Virus record (IMG/VR): IMGVR_UViG_3300020401_000014
Location: 1-64,000 of that record
Origin: a virus
Reading direction: 5' to 3' (one strand)
DNA length: 64,000 nucleotides
In this document: one piece after another, positions 16,572 to 26,606 of the stretch
Numbering within the stretch: position 1 is the first letter of the stretch
How the letters are laid out: each line of letters begins with the position of its first letter
Position numbers and translations under genes: made by a program
The notes under the pieces: model-generated
Told to the model about the DNA's origin: nothing
The model's input: only the letters and a program-made list of their open reading frames with translations
The model's database searches: none

Positions 16572-19147
16572 ATTTCTTAGAAAATTTCTCAACTTATGAC
16601 AACTGCATGCCTCCTGGAGTTAGGTTGCCGGAAATTAAAATTAAAACAAGGTTTTATAAAAAACTCAACCTGCCAGAAAGCACGTCAAATTTTGATTTTC
16701 TTAAAAGTCTTTGTGAGCAAGGTTTTAAATTAAGGGGTCTGGATAAAGTCGAGAACTCAAAACAATACTCAGAAAGATTAGACTATGAACTTAATATTTT
16801 AGAAGAGCTTGGATTTACAGATTATATTTTATTAAATTGGGATATCATAAATTTTTGTCACGAAAACAATATCCCTACAGGGCCAGGCAGAGGTAGCGCC
16901 GCCGGATCTCTAGTGCTTTACTTAATAGATGTTACCAAGATTGACCCTATAGAAAACGATCTGTTTTTTGAGCGGTTTGTATCAAAAAGCAGGGCTCGTA
17001 AAATAGAGGTTGAGGGTACAACTTTTTTAGACGGGAGCCTTCTTGCGGACGTAGATAACGACATTGCCTATGAATACAGGCAGCAGGTTATATCCTATAT
17101 CGAAGACCAGCATCCAGGACGCACGGCAAAAATATTAACCCTAAACACCTTGAGTAGTAAGCTTTGCATTAAGGAATGCATTAAGATTGTAGGAGATCAA
17201 ACAGAGCAAGACGCAAACAGAGTTAGCGATATGATACCTAAAAAGTTTGGAAAAGTTGTCTCTATTGAGAACTCTATTGAAGAAAGTGAAGACTTCCAAT
17301 CTTGGGCAAGCAGCAGTCCGGAAATTGTTCGTATAGCTAAAAAGATACAAAATCTAAACAAAAATACTGGCATACACCCCTCAGGGATTGCAATTTCTTT
17401 TGACCAAATATCTAGCATTTGCCCGACCTCAATTAATGCAGAGGGTCAACGGGTAACAGGTTACGACATGAATTGGGTCGCAGAGTTAATGGTTAAGTTT
17501 GATATCCTTGGATTAAGAACGCTGAGTGTTTTGCACAATACTGCCAAGCAGGTAAATATAAACCTTGAAGATATTGATATAAATTCCGAAGACATATATG
17601 TTCCCCTTCAAGATTTACAGGCGCCAAGAGGATTATTTCAGATTGAAGCGGAGACAGACTTTAAAGTCTGCAAAAAAATTCAACCCAAAAACATAGAAGA
17701 ACTTAGTGCGGTACTCGCAATTGCAAGGCCAGGTGCTCTAGATTTTTTATCGAATTACGAAAGATATGTATCAACAGGTACGTTTCAAAGCATACATCCT
17801 ATATTTGACGATATCTTAAATTATACAGGGGGTATACCTTTATACCAAGAGCAGCTAATGAAGATGGCCGTTAAAGTAGGCTTCACGTTAGATGAAGCTG
17901 AACAGCTAAGAAGAATTGTTGGAAAAAAGAAGGTAGAAAAAATGCAGGCCTGGAAAGACAAGATAATAGAAAAAGTAAAATCTAACAAACTTACAAATAA
18001 AGACATAGGGCACGACGGAAAAGAAGCTGATGAAGTATTATGGAGAGTAGCAGAAGATAGCGCAAACTATTCTTTTAATAAAAGCCACTCTATTGCATAC
18101 TCCACGCTTGCGGCGTGGACAACATATTTAAAATTTAAGCACCCTTTAAATTTTTTCTTATCACTTCTAAATATGACCAAGTTCGAGCCTTCTCCCCAAG
18201 AAGAAGTTGGCAAAATCAGCAAAGAGCTTTCGTTCTTTGGCATCAAACTTTTACCACCTAACCTTTTAAAATCTGAAATGGATTTTTCTATTGAAGGTAA
18301 AAACATTAGATACGGATTAAATAGCATCAAGGGTATTAGCGAAAAAGCGCTCGAATCTCTTATAGAATTTAGGTCCAAATCTGGAGACACAAAATACGAA
18401 ATGTTTATCGCCGCCAAACAAGCTGGACTAAATATTGGCACTCTGTGTGCATTGATACAAGCTGGCGCCTTATCTAATTTTGAAGGTAGTAGGCCACTAC
18501 TAGTTCTGGAAGCTCAAGTTTTTAATGTTTTAACAGAGCGAGAAAAAAGAAACTTTATACAGCTTGGAGAAAAATTCAATTATAAACTTTTAGATTCAAT
18601 TGTTTATGCTAGAGATAATTCTACCGTAGGAGATGATGGTAGGCCTTTATTCAAAGAATCTAGGTTTCAAACATTTAAAAAGAAGTACGAACCCTACAAG
18701 CAAATTTATATGCAAAACAGTAAGTCCAGCTCTTTTGCCAACTGGTATTTTGAAAACCAACTACTAGGCTACTCTTATAGCGAAGACTTGAGAAATATAT
18801 TCTCAAAGCCAGGCGTAAGCTTTACTAATCTTAAAGACTATAGATCCAAAAATAGAAACTCAAACCTAAGTATTATTGGAATAGTTTTAGATTGCTTTAC
18901 TAGTACTAGTCGCGCGGGCAATAAATACATGAAAATGGAAATAGCTGATGAATTTGGCAGCTTGAATTGCATGCTTTGCAACAACTCTAAAGAAAACAAG
19001 CTAGATGAATATCTAGATAAAAACCCCGCGCCCGAAAAAAATTCTATTGTGGTCACTTATGGATCTAAGTCAGAAGATATATTTTTTATTAATAACATTA
19101 ATACCTTAAATGAGAACATATATATGAAGCTGGCAGACCTAAAATAG
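16568..19147 (+). CDS. dnaE: DNA polymerase III alpha (family C) lacking the N-terminal PHP
   Basis: GPGRGSAAGSLVLY, FERF, ADVDND, HPSG, KFDILGL, LYQEQLM, YSFNKSH, IRYGLNSIKG; start taken at the ATGA overlap. Confidence 0.92.
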   Translation: MNFLENFSTYDNCMPPGVRLPEIKIKTRFYKKLNLPESTSNFDFLKSLCEQGFKLRGLDKVENSKQYSERLDYELNILEELGFTDYILLNWDIINFCHENNIPTGPGRGSAAGSLVLYLIDVTKIDPIENDLFFERFVSKSRARKIEVEGTTFLDGSLLADVDNDIAYEYRQQVISYIEDQHPGRTAKILTLNTLSSKLCIKECIKIVGDQTEQDANRVSDMIPKKFGKVVSIENSIEESEDFQSWASSSPEIVRIAKKIQNLNKNTGIHPSGIAISFDQISSICPTSINAEGQRVTGYDMNWVAELMVKFDILGLRTLSVLHNTAKQVNINLEDIDINSEDIYVPLQDLQAPRGLFQIEAETDFKVCKKIQPKNIEELSAVLAIARPGALDFLSNYERYVSTGTFQSIHPIFDDILNYTGGIPLYQEQLMKMAVKVGFTLDEAEQLRRIVGKKKVEKMQAWKDKIIEKVKSNKLTNKDIGHDGKEADEVLWRVAEDSANYSFNKSHSIAYSTLAAWTTYLKFKHPLNFFLSLLNMTKFEPSPQEEVGKISKELSFFGIKLLPPNLLKSEMDFSIEGKNIRYGLNSIKGISEKALESLIEFRSKSGDTKYEMFIAAKQAGLNIGTLCALIQAGALSNFEGSRPLLVLEAQVFNVLTEREKRNFIQLGEKFNYKLLDSIVYARDNSTVGDDGRPLFKESRFQTFKKKYEPYKQIYMQNSKSSSFANWYFENQLLGYSYSEDLRNIFSKPGVSFTNLKDYRSKNRNSNLSIIGIVLDCFTSTSRAGNKYMKMEIADEFGSLNCMLCNNSKENKLDEYLDKNPAPEKNSIVVTYGSKSEDIFFINNINTLNENIYMKLADLK

Positions 19148-19158
19148 TGTATATTATC

Positions 19159-21642
19159 ATGATGACACCTAAACCAAATTTTACTCCTCGGGCGCAAAGA
19201 GCCATAGAATTAGCAAAAAATATAGCAAAAGAGTTTGGAAAACAAAAAGCTTGCCTAGAAGAACTATTTTTAGGTATACTGCATCTTAAAGCTGGAGTGG
19301 TCCATGAAGTGCTTAGCTCTATGGGAATTGATCCATCAGATTTAATTTCCTCGATGAGAAACCAATCTCAAAAAAGCAAGTCTTTTTCTAAAGATATTGT
19401 TTTTTCTTCTAAATTTAAACAAGTTTTAGAAATCTCTTCTGTCATCAGTCTTAACTTTGGGCATGATTATGTTGGTATAGAGCATATCTTATTGTCTCTA
19501 TTAAAATACGAAGGGTCTCCTGTATCTAAGTATTTTAAATCTTTGAAAATTCCAGAAGACTTAATTATTGAAGAAATTAAAAATTACTTTCAATTATCAA
19601 ATCCATCTCAAGAAACGATACAGTTTGCCCCGTTTTATATCCACCCACCTCAAGACGAAAAAAACTTTACCCAAGAAACCCCGAAAACCCAACAACAGCA
19701 ATCATCAAGAAAGCAATCTATCTTGGAAAAATATTGCATCAACTACAACGAGCTTGCTAGATCTGGCAAAATAGACAAAATCATAGGTAAGCAAGATGAA
19801 ATACTTGAGGTTTGTGAAATACTTTCTAGGCGCACCAAGAATAACCCCGTCTTAATAGGTGACCCAGGTGTTGGTAAAACTGCAATTGTTGAAGGTTTGG
19901 CTAGCTCTATTGAAGAATCACACTGCCCAGAGCCTCTTTTAAGTAAAACCATATTTGGCCTAGACCTTGGAATGCTTATCGCTGGCACAAAGTATAGGGG
20001 GCAGTTCGAAGAAAGACTCAAAGCGGTTATAGAAGAAATATCAAAAGACGAAAAAAAGATTTTATTTATTGACGAAATTCATACTCTAGTTGGCGCCGGA
20101 AGCGCAGAAGGCAGTATGGACGCGGCAAACATGCTTAAGCCTGCCTTGGCACGGGGACACATCAGATGCATTGGAGCGACAACAGACTCCGAATACAAGA
20201 AAACTATTTTAAAAGACGGCGCATTAGATCGTAGGTTTCAAGCTGTCAGGTGCAGAGCGCCATCTAAAACAGAAACTCTTGATATACTTAAAGGTATTAG
20301 AAATAAATACGAAGAATTTCACTTTATAGAATATAATGACGAGTGCCTAGAAATAATTGTTGATCTCGCTGCGAGATATATGCCTTCTAAAAATTTTCCA
20401 GATAAAGCGATAGACATTATGGACCAAACTGGGGCCAAGGTAAAAATTAAATCATTCAAAAGACCAAAGTCAACTATTGAGATGGAAAAAGAACTAGAAG
20501 CCCTAATGAAAGAAGAAGATCGTTTAAGCTCGTCAAGAGGTGATACTTCTGATGTAGTTAGAAAACAAGAAGAGCTTTTAGATAAATATAAAAATAGTCT
20601 TAATGCTTGGGCCAAGCGTAGGTTTAGTAAAAAACGAAAAATTACACCCATGGATATTTACAGAACAGTTTCTCAATCCACAAAAATACCTATAAGCCAA
20701 CTATCAAAAAGCGATTCAGAGATCTTTTTATCTCTAGACAAAAAACTTAAAAAACAGATTATAGGCCAGGATGAATCTGTAGAGCTAATATCAAAAGCTA
20801 TACTAAGATCTAAATCTGGACTTAGAAGTTCGTCTAAGCCGATCGCGAGCTTTTTAATTCTAGGAAATACTGGCCTAGGCAAAACTCACACAGCAAAAGT
20901 TTTATCTACTATACTGGTGGGGGAAACTGAACAAATTATTCGCATAGACATGTCCGAGTTTTCTGACAAGACTGCCAGCAATAAATTATCAGGAGCCTCA
21001 CCTGGATATGTAGGATACGAAGAAGGTTCTTTCTTAATTGACCAAATCAACAAAAAACCATACAGCGTTGTATTGTTTGATGAAATTGAAAAGTCTCACC
21101 CAGACGCAATACAATGCTTGCTACAAATATTAGACGAAGGCAGGTTAACTGACGGCCTAGGAAGGGTTGGAGATTTTAAAAACTCAATCATTATTATGAC
21201 TGGCAATATAGGTTCTGAGCTGGCTTCAAAAGGTGGTGGCATAGGATTTAATTCAGATAACAATGAAATCAAAAAGAAAGAAAAGATTATAGAAAAAGCT
21301 TGTACTGAACTTAGACCAGAATTTGTAAATAGAATATCAGAAATATTAATATATCAAACATTGTCTGAATCTAATTTAATTAAAATTCTAAATATAGAAG
21401 TCAAACCACTAATACAAAATTTAAATAAGAAAGATATTTCTTTTTCAATTACTGCTTCTGCTAAAAAATTTATAGCAAATCAAATTTTAAAACAAAACTT
21501 TGGAGCAAGACCAGTACAAAGAATTATAGAAAGAGAAATAGAAAACCCTTTATCTGAAATGTTAATTAGAAAAGAAATTGAAGCTGGAGATAAAGTTAGC
21601 CTTACTCTAGAACAACAACAATTAAAAATTAAGGTAAAATAG
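19159..21642 (+). CDS. clpC: ClpC-like Hsp100 AAA+ ATPase
   Basis: Clp N repeats, GDPGVGKT, FIDEIHTLVGAG, short M domain, GNTGLGKT, LFDEIEKSHP, IGF loop; start moved from GTG 19147 to ATG 19159. Confidence 0.88.
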   Translation: MMTPKPNFTPRAQRAIELAKNIAKEFGKQKACLEELFLGILHLKAGVVHEVLSSMGIDPSDLISSMRNQSQKSKSFSKDIVFSSKFKQVLEISSVISLNFGHDYVGIEHILLSLLKYEGSPVSKYFKSLKIPEDLIIEEIKNYFQLSNPSQETIQFAPFYIHPPQDEKNFTQETPKTQQQQSSRKQSILEKYCINYNELARSGKIDKIIGKQDEILEVCEILSRRTKNNPVLIGDPGVGKTAIVEGLASSIEESHCPEPLLSKTIFGLDLGMLIAGTKYRGQFEERLKAVIEEISKDEKKILFIDEIHTLVGAGSAEGSMDAANMLKPALARGHIRCIGATTDSEYKKTILKDGALDRRFQAVRCRAPSKTETLDILKGIRNKYEEFHFIEYNDECLEIIVDLAARYMPSKNFPDKAIDIMDQTGAKVKIKSFKRPKSTIEMEKELEALMKEEDRLSSSRGDTSDVVRKQEELLDKYKNSLNAWAKRRFSKKRKITPMDIYRTVSQSTKIPISQLSKSDSEIFLSLDKKLKKQIIGQDESVELISKAILRSKSGLRSSSKPIASFLILGNTGLGKTHTAKVLSTILVGETEQIIRIDMSEFSDKTASNKLSGASPGYVGYEEGSFLIDQINKKPYSVVLFDEIEKSHPDAIQCLLQILDEGRLTDGLGRVGDFKNSIIIMTGNIGSELASKGGGIGFNSDNNEIKKKEKIIEKACTELRPEFVNRISEILIYQTLSESNLIKILNIEVKPLIQNLNKKDISFSITASAKKFIANQILKQNFGARPVQRIIEREIENPLSEMLIRKEIEAGDKVSLTLEQQQLKIKVK

Positions 21643-22165
21643 GTTTGTCTGGCTCTATCGGAGGAGTTTCAGTGGGCTGCATAGGGTCATCAAATTGAGT
21701 TCCTGGATTGTTTGCAGCATTATCAATGTCTTGATTATAAATCAACAAACACGCCATAAAGCGATCAGATTGCTGAGGATACCTTGCCTTCATAGCTGGA
21801 TCTGATATACACCTTCCAACAAATTCATCTCCACCTTCGGCTTCTTGAGGCACAGGAAAGCGTTTGTCGTCATTTGTTAAATAATTGTTACTTTCCTTAG
21901 GATCGTCCTGGAGAGGCTCCAGAGGGTCTTTTACCTTCGGGAATGATGCGTTGTAGTCAATATAGCTAGAAACCTTTTCTAGGCCATCGTACGCGCTCAG
22001 AATAGACTTTTTCATCCACTCCTCTATTTCATCTCCAGAATTTAGAGATTCAAATATTTTTTGGGCACATTTTGCCATTTGGTATAATTGAGACTTGTAC
22101 ATTCTTAACGCTTCGCTAGAATCTTGAGCGTCGTTAATAAATTTTAAATCCTGATATTCTTCCAT
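21629..22165 (-). CDS. Hypothetical phage protein with two short conserved modules
   Basis: MYKSQLYQM...EEWMKKSI and PVPQEAEGGDEFVGRCISD...YPQQSDRFMAC; start MEEYQ lies 12 nt after GTGTA (22178-22182). Confidence 0.6.
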   Translation of the reverse strand: MEEYQDLKFINDAQDSSEALRMYKSQLYQMAKCAQKIFESLNSGDEIEEWMKKSILSAYDGLEKVSSYIDYNASFPKVKDPLEPLQDDPKESNNYLTNDDKRFPVPQEAEGGDEFVGRCISDPAMKARYPQQSDRFMACLLIYNQDIDNAANNPGTQFDDPMQPTETPPIEPDKPILP

Positions 22166-22189
22166 AACTAAAATATTTACACTCAAAAA

Positions 22190-22672
22190 TTAATTATAAG
22201 AATCTTTTTCTACCACCTGAGAAGGAGGAGATTGATACGTATTATAGTTTGATATTAATTTATTTAAAGTGTCTTGTGAATGAGAAATTAAGCTTTTATA
22301 ATCTTTTAAATGATCTCTCTTAGAAGACCTTTTAACCACAGAGTCTCCTTCTCTTAATTCAGAAAAATCTAAAGAATTTGCTGAATCATCTGCTTGACGC
22401 AACACAGATCTACTTTGCTTCTTGTAGTATTGTATTACATACATCTCTCTTAATATCGCAGATTCTTCTTGTTTAAAACCATCAACCTCACCAGAATCCG
22501 CTACAAAATTTGTATTCAGTAACGTATTTAATTCTCCCACATGGGCCTCTAGCCAAGAAGTTATAATTGGAATTTCGTCTGATCTTTCTTGAGCAGTACC
22601 TCCGATCATTAATTCTGAATCGTAAATTTGTTCTGCTAAAGTGGTAAGGTTGTATGGCGTTGACATGATCAA
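22190..22672 (-). CDS. Possible head-completion/adaptor protein
   Basis: Position two genes downstream of the capsid gene; helical ~160 aa; function inferred from synteny only. Confidence 0.4.
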   Translation of the reverse strand: MIMSTPYNLTTLAEQIYDSELMIGGTAQERSDEIPIITSWLEAHVGELNTLLNTNFVADSGEVDGFKQEESAILREMYVIQYYKKQSRSVLRQADDSANSLDFSELREGDSVVKRSSKRDHLKDYKSLISHSQDTLNKLISNYNTYQSPPSQVVEKDSYN

Positions 22673-23103
22673 TTATTTAAGTAATCAATCAACTCTTTAT
22701 GTTTTGGATTTTTTGGGTCTAATTTAATTGGAGCACCTTTATCAACAATAACTTGAAGTTGATCGGGATATTTTGCCTTAAAAGCTTTTTTTAATTTATT
22801 TTTGAGCATCGATTGATTTCCGGAAGGAAAAATACCCGCTCTTACTGCTAATTCTTGCATATCTGAAAGATTCATGTCTTCTAGATTTTCTTCAAAAACT
22901 TTAGCATGAGATGTTCCAAAAGGGTTTGTTAGCTTAACGTCTAGAATTTCTTCTAGTTGTCTTACTCGGTCCAAATCTTCATCTACTTCGTATGCCTTAC
23001 CGTTTGTTTGTTGTAAAGACTCTAGCTTTTTTGATTTGCTTGTAGTCTTTTTTGTTGCGGTAGTTTTACGAACACTCTTTTTTGTTGTTTTCTTTTGACT
23101 CAT
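22669..23103 (-). CDS. Hypothetical protein with Lys/Thr-rich N-terminus
   Basis: 144-aa ORF; GTGTA at 23116-23120 upstream. Confidence 0.6.
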   Translation of the reverse strand: MSQKKTTKKSVRKTTATKKTTSKSKKLESLQQTNGKAYEVDEDLDRVRQLEEILDVKLTNPFGTSHAKVFEENLEDMNLSDMQELAVRAGIFPSGNQSMLKNKLKKAFKAKYPDQLQVIVDKGAPIKLDPKNPKHKELIDYLNN

Positions 23104-23140
23104 ATCTAAATAGGGTACACAAATATACTACCAATAGAAC

Positions 23141-23172
23141 AAAAAAAAATCCACCAAATGGTGGATTTTTTA
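23141..23172 (-). terminator. Rho-independent terminator after the major capsid gene
   Basis: A-tract, AATCCACC-AAAT-GGTGGATT, T-tract; can act in both directions. Confidence 0.8.
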
Positions 23173-23196
23173 TGTTATCTATTTAAGATAAAAATC

Positions 23197-24318
23197 TTAA
23201 ACAATTATTCCTGTAAGGACTCGGTCATCAACAATCATGCGACCCTCTTCAAGAGATCCGTAGTAACCGATCTTTTGAGAGCGGCTAACGAATTGATCGT
23301 CAACAACAAGATCAAACTCAGCACCAGATTCGGAATCAGTTGCAACTGCACGAAGCATGGATTCGCGAGAAAGGTCTGCGCCAACCATGATTTCTTCGGA
23401 GGATTCTGTAAATCCAGCAGCCGCCGCATTGGCAGTTCCAACGTGACCTGCAAATGTTTTTCCGCTAGAAACGGTTTCAAAAACCTTGTTGAATTTTTGA
23501 CCACTACCCATTTCATTAAGTTCCATGATAGAAACTCCATAAAACTCAGGAATTCCAGCACTGTTAAATACTGCATTACGAACATCGTCGGTTGCAGGAA
23601 TATCAGTGTTTGCACCCTTTGTATTAATTGGGTTGTAAGCCATTCCTCTAAGCTCTTCTACGATTTCAGGAGAAACGAGAAGATCTGTGATTCCACGTCC
23701 ACGACGCTCAGTAGGTGTTCCACCTGTCCAAGCAGCATTGATTCTCTTAGCGAGTGTAAACAATGCGTTTAGATCTGCAAGAAGGAAACGGTCTGCAGTA
23801 TGAGAACGAACAACATGTGCCTTGCCGTTAGTTTCAGCATTAGCAAGTGCTGTCATAATCATTGTAGCAGATGTTTTTTCTTGCTTAAGAAGAATTTCTT
23901 GAGCGATTCTTGTGAATGTCTTGCTTACCACGTCCATACGGGAGCGTTGTGCAAACCTCTTGTCAAAAGAGACAGCACTGTCCAGACGGTAGGTGGTAAA
24001 CTTCATTTCTTGTTGTACTGGTGCAACATGGTTTGTAGGCAGACCACCTGGGGTGTTCTGACTCCAAATTTGGATATAATCTTCATCAGTAATATCATGA
24101 TAAAGGTCCAAAGGAATGCTTGCGTTGTCTTCAGAATTAAACTGAAGGCTAGTAAACAAATTACTTACGGTAGGAGCTTGATTAACAACCTCGGCCAATA
24201 CTGGTCCGATGAAATCTCCAAGCGCAGCTTGGGCTTCATAAGCAACCTCACGATTTTTAGAGGCCATAGCTTTTACTAGCTCGACCTGCTCTGGAGTTCT
24301 TTCGATTTTAATTTCCAT
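23197..24318 (-). CDS. Major capsid protein (likely HK97 fold)
   Basis: 373 aa; strong SD (AAGGAG); follows protease/scaffold and decoration genes and precedes a terminator; Ala/Gly/Thr-rich. Confidence 0.75.
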   Translation of the reverse strand: MEIKIERTPEQVELVKAMASKNREVAYEAQAALGDFIGPVLAEVVNQAPTVSNLFTSLQFNSEDNASIPLDLYHDITDEDYIQIWSQNTPGGLPTNHVAPVQQEMKFTTYRLDSAVSFDKRFAQRSRMDVVSKTFTRIAQEILLKQEKTSATMIMTALANAETNGKAHVVRSHTADRFLLADLNALFTLAKRINAAWTGGTPTERRGRGITDLLVSPEIVEELRGMAYNPINTKGANTDIPATDDVRNAVFNSAGIPEFYGVSIMELNEMGSGQKFNKVFETVSSGKTFAGHVGTANAAAAGFTESSEEIMVGADLSRESMLRAVATDSESGAEFDLVVDDQFVSRSQKIGYYGSLEEGRMIVDDRVLTGIIV

Positions 24319-24331
24319 TATTCAATTCTCC

Positions 24332-24994
24332 TTAGAATGAAAGCTTACAAAGATACTTTGTGGAAGCGTCTGCCGGCCCACCAGATGCTGACAAATCAAC
24401 TGTGTCTGGGCCTGTAGCCAAACAACGTCCAACAATTTGAGCTCCGCCGCCAGTGCCCTTATCGAGCAAACCTGCGGTTTCAGCGAGTTCAATAGTGTCT
24501 CCTGCATCAGGTACAGATTCAAATGCAGTATAACTAAGAAGGATAAGACCTCTTGTTAAAATCGGCACTGCCTGACCTGGTGTAACAGCTTGAAGCTCGT
24601 CCTTCTTAAGAGGATAGCGAAGAAGATTTTCTCCGTTTTCATCAAAAGCAAGAGTTTGCTTAAGCATAATTCCAATAGCTGGAACGGGGGCTCCGCCTCC
24701 CTCAACTGCTGGAACAACAGTCATTTCTACAAGGGGCATACCATTAACACCAACGTGGCCAGTGCTAATTTCTGCGCCCAAGTACTCTCTTAGGTTTGAC
24801 CCAGCGGCTGCAAATCCTGGGAGATCACCCGGCAATACCGAGTCACCCAAGCCTACAACGACCCCTGCGTCATATTTACCGGAGGTACCAGCCTTGAATG
24901 TACTTAAAACATCCGAGGACTCTACCTTCAGCGAGTACATGTTAACAACCTCGTGCTCGCTGTAATCTCTATATGGTTCTAATCTAGTTGCCAT
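24332..24994 (-). CDS. Capsid decoration/auxiliary head protein
   Basis: Gly/Ala-rich beta-type 220 aa immediately upstream of the capsid gene (MATRLEPYRDY..., AIGIMLK, QAVPILTRG). Confidence 0.55.
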   Translation of the reverse strand: MATRLEPYRDYSEHEVVNMYSLKVESSDVLSTFKAGTSGKYDAGVVVGLGDSVLPGDLPGFAAAGSNLREYLGAEISTGHVGVNGMPLVEMTVVPAVEGGGAPVPAIGIMLKQTLAFDENGENLLRYPLKKDELQAVTPGQAVPILTRGLILLSYTAFESVPDAGDTIELAETAGLLDKGTGGGAQIVGRCLATGPDTVDLSASGGPADASTKYLCKLSF

Positions 24995-25005
24995 AATATA
25001 AATTC

Positions 25006-26574
25006 CTAGTAGGTGATTTTTACAGAATCTCTAAATGCTTGCTGAAACTTGTCATGCAAGCTGGTTTCTGTTTCAATGGTTTCACCATTGTTATTTGAAA
25101 TTGTAGCTTCCTCTTCAACAACATTGTCAAGAGAAACTTCTTCTTGAACTTCTTCTTCAGCTTCTACAGTTTTTGTAGAACTGGCTTCAGCAGTTTCAGA
25201 CAAACGTTTTTCAACTTCGGCCTGAATCTTTTGTTCCATTTCTTCTGCAAGCTTTTGCAAGAATTCTTTGTTCTTATTTTTGAAAACAACAGAAACTTTT
25301 TCTTGATATGCGGCGAAAGATTCTTCCGTCTCGTCAAGCTGTGAAATTTCTGCGGCTACGATCTTACGATCTTCGTCGTCAAACTCGTATGTATCTTCAA
25401 GAGCGCTCATGCGAGCATCAAACCGTGCTTGAGACTCCCTTTCAGCCTTTTCTTCTTCAAGGCTCGAAAGTTTATTTTCAGCATCAGTCAACTTTTCTTG
25501 CAGATCTGATAGTGTTTGAGACAATTCTTCTTTTGCACTCTGTGCTTCGGCTTGATCGGCTTTCGCTTTTTCGATTTCATTGACATACTCTTCGCTTTTC
25601 TCCCGAATTGCGTCATGAAAAACCTTAGTAATGTTAGCGATTGCTTCATCCGAAAAGTCTTTCGCAGCCGCCTTTTCAGAAAGGAGCTGTTCAATATCTT
25701 TTAGTAGTTCTGTTTTTTCCATAATATTTGAGAAAAATTGTTCTTCTTTTTGTATTACAGTATCGTTATCTAAATGAGAACTTTTTTCTTGTAATACTTT
25801 TTTATCCATAACATCTTCTTTTGCAGCGCTTTTCGCATTTTCTTTATTTTTATCATCCTGAACAATAACGCCTTTTACGTCCGCTGCTGGATTATTTGTA
25901 AATCCAATTCCTAACGGATAGATGTTTCCGACAATTAGACGGTTTACTTCGGTACCGTCCTCTAGGCGACCTTCGCCTCCAAAAGCTTTGAGGTATTTTG
26001 AATACTCTTCTATTTCAGATTCTTCATTAATAATTTTGCGTTCATCTCCAGATCCAACGGCAATATTGTATTCATTAAAACCAACTTCCCAGCTGGCAGA
26101 AATTGAATTATAACTTTCCGATTCTGGATCAGATGAACTCAAGAGTATATCTGAAAATTCTTGTGCGACTGTTTTATAAACAACCGCTCCAAGGCATATA
26201 TTAAAAGGTTTATCATAAGCTTCGTCTATATTTTTAAATTGATTGTTATGACCATACTCAGAGAAGCCAGCGGAAACGACATGTCCAACAATATTATTTT
26301 TTTGATGTTCTATATTACAAGGCTTATGTATAAAATGGTCTGCTATTGATAAAGCAGACTTAGTTTCAATTCCGTCTCCGTTTTTATTAAAAGTATTAAC
26401 AACCGCCGCATTAAATGCAACGCCCAATAAATCGATATTTTTATCAAGATCAATTGACTCTGGAACTAAATCCTTTAAAGGCTCCAAAGAAGCCTTCGAA
26501 ACAATGCTAAAATCATTATCCTCTGAAGCAGTAACCTCACTGGCGAACGTAGCTTTATACTTATATTCTTTCAT
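25006..26574 (-). CDS. Prohead protease-scaffold fusion (putative)
   Basis: N-domain NKNGDGI, KPCNIEHQ...IVGH, SASWEVGF; long acidic coiled-coil C-terminal half; located between terminase and capsid. Confidence 0.6.
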   Translation of the reverse strand: MKEYKYKATFASEVTASEDNDFSIVSKASLEPLKDLVPESIDLDKNIDLLGVAFNAAVVNTFNKNGDGIETKSALSIADHFIHKPCNIEHQKNNIVGHVVSAGFSEYGHNNQFKNIDEAYDKPFNICLGAVVYKTVAQEFSDILLSSSDPESESYNSISASWEVGFNEYNIAVGSGDERKIINEESEIEEYSKYLKAFGGEGRLEDGTEVNRLIVGNIYPLGIGFTNNPAADVKGVIVQDDKNKENAKSAAKEDVMDKKVLQEKSSHLDNDTVIQKEEQFFSNIMEKTELLKDIEQLLSEKAAAKDFSDEAIANITKVFHDAIREKSEEYVNEIEKAKADQAEAQSAKEELSQTLSDLQEKLTDAENKLSSLEEEKAERESQARFDARMSALEDTYEFDDEDRKIVAAEISQLDETEESFAAYQEKVSVVFKNKNKEFLQKLAEEMEQKIQAEVEKRLSETAEASSTKTVEAEEEVQEEVSLDNVVEEEATISNNNGETIETETSLHDKFQQAFRDSVKITY

Positions 26575-26588
26575 ATTATTTATTTAAG

Positions 26589-26593
26589 TACAC
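26589..26593 (-). promoter_or_regulatory. GTGTA upstream motif of the head operon
   Basis: GTGTACTTAAATAAATAAT-ATG on the minus strand. Confidence 0.55.
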
Positions 26594-26606
26594 ACACTTC
26601 ACGCTA

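Noticed and set aside
16568-19147. Intein or intron in dnaE, helicase, RNR or terminase
   Set aside because: Protein lengths are normal and I saw no intein N/C-terminal or LAGLIDADG motifs
19147-19158. Track starts at GTG 19147 (clpC) and GTG 32839, and upstream extensions at 22186, 60278, 57121 and 16553
   Set aside because: The GTG starts coincide with the GTGTA motif and the extensions overlap neighbouring genes; downstream ATGs fit motif spacing or ATGA coupling better
10555-21642. Bacterial chromosome or prophage flank (DUF1501 pair, dnaE, clpC)
   Set aside because: These genes share base composition, overlaps and the GTGTA motif with phage genes; no housekeeping synteny, integrase or att site was seen. 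A chimera cannot be fully excluded without reads
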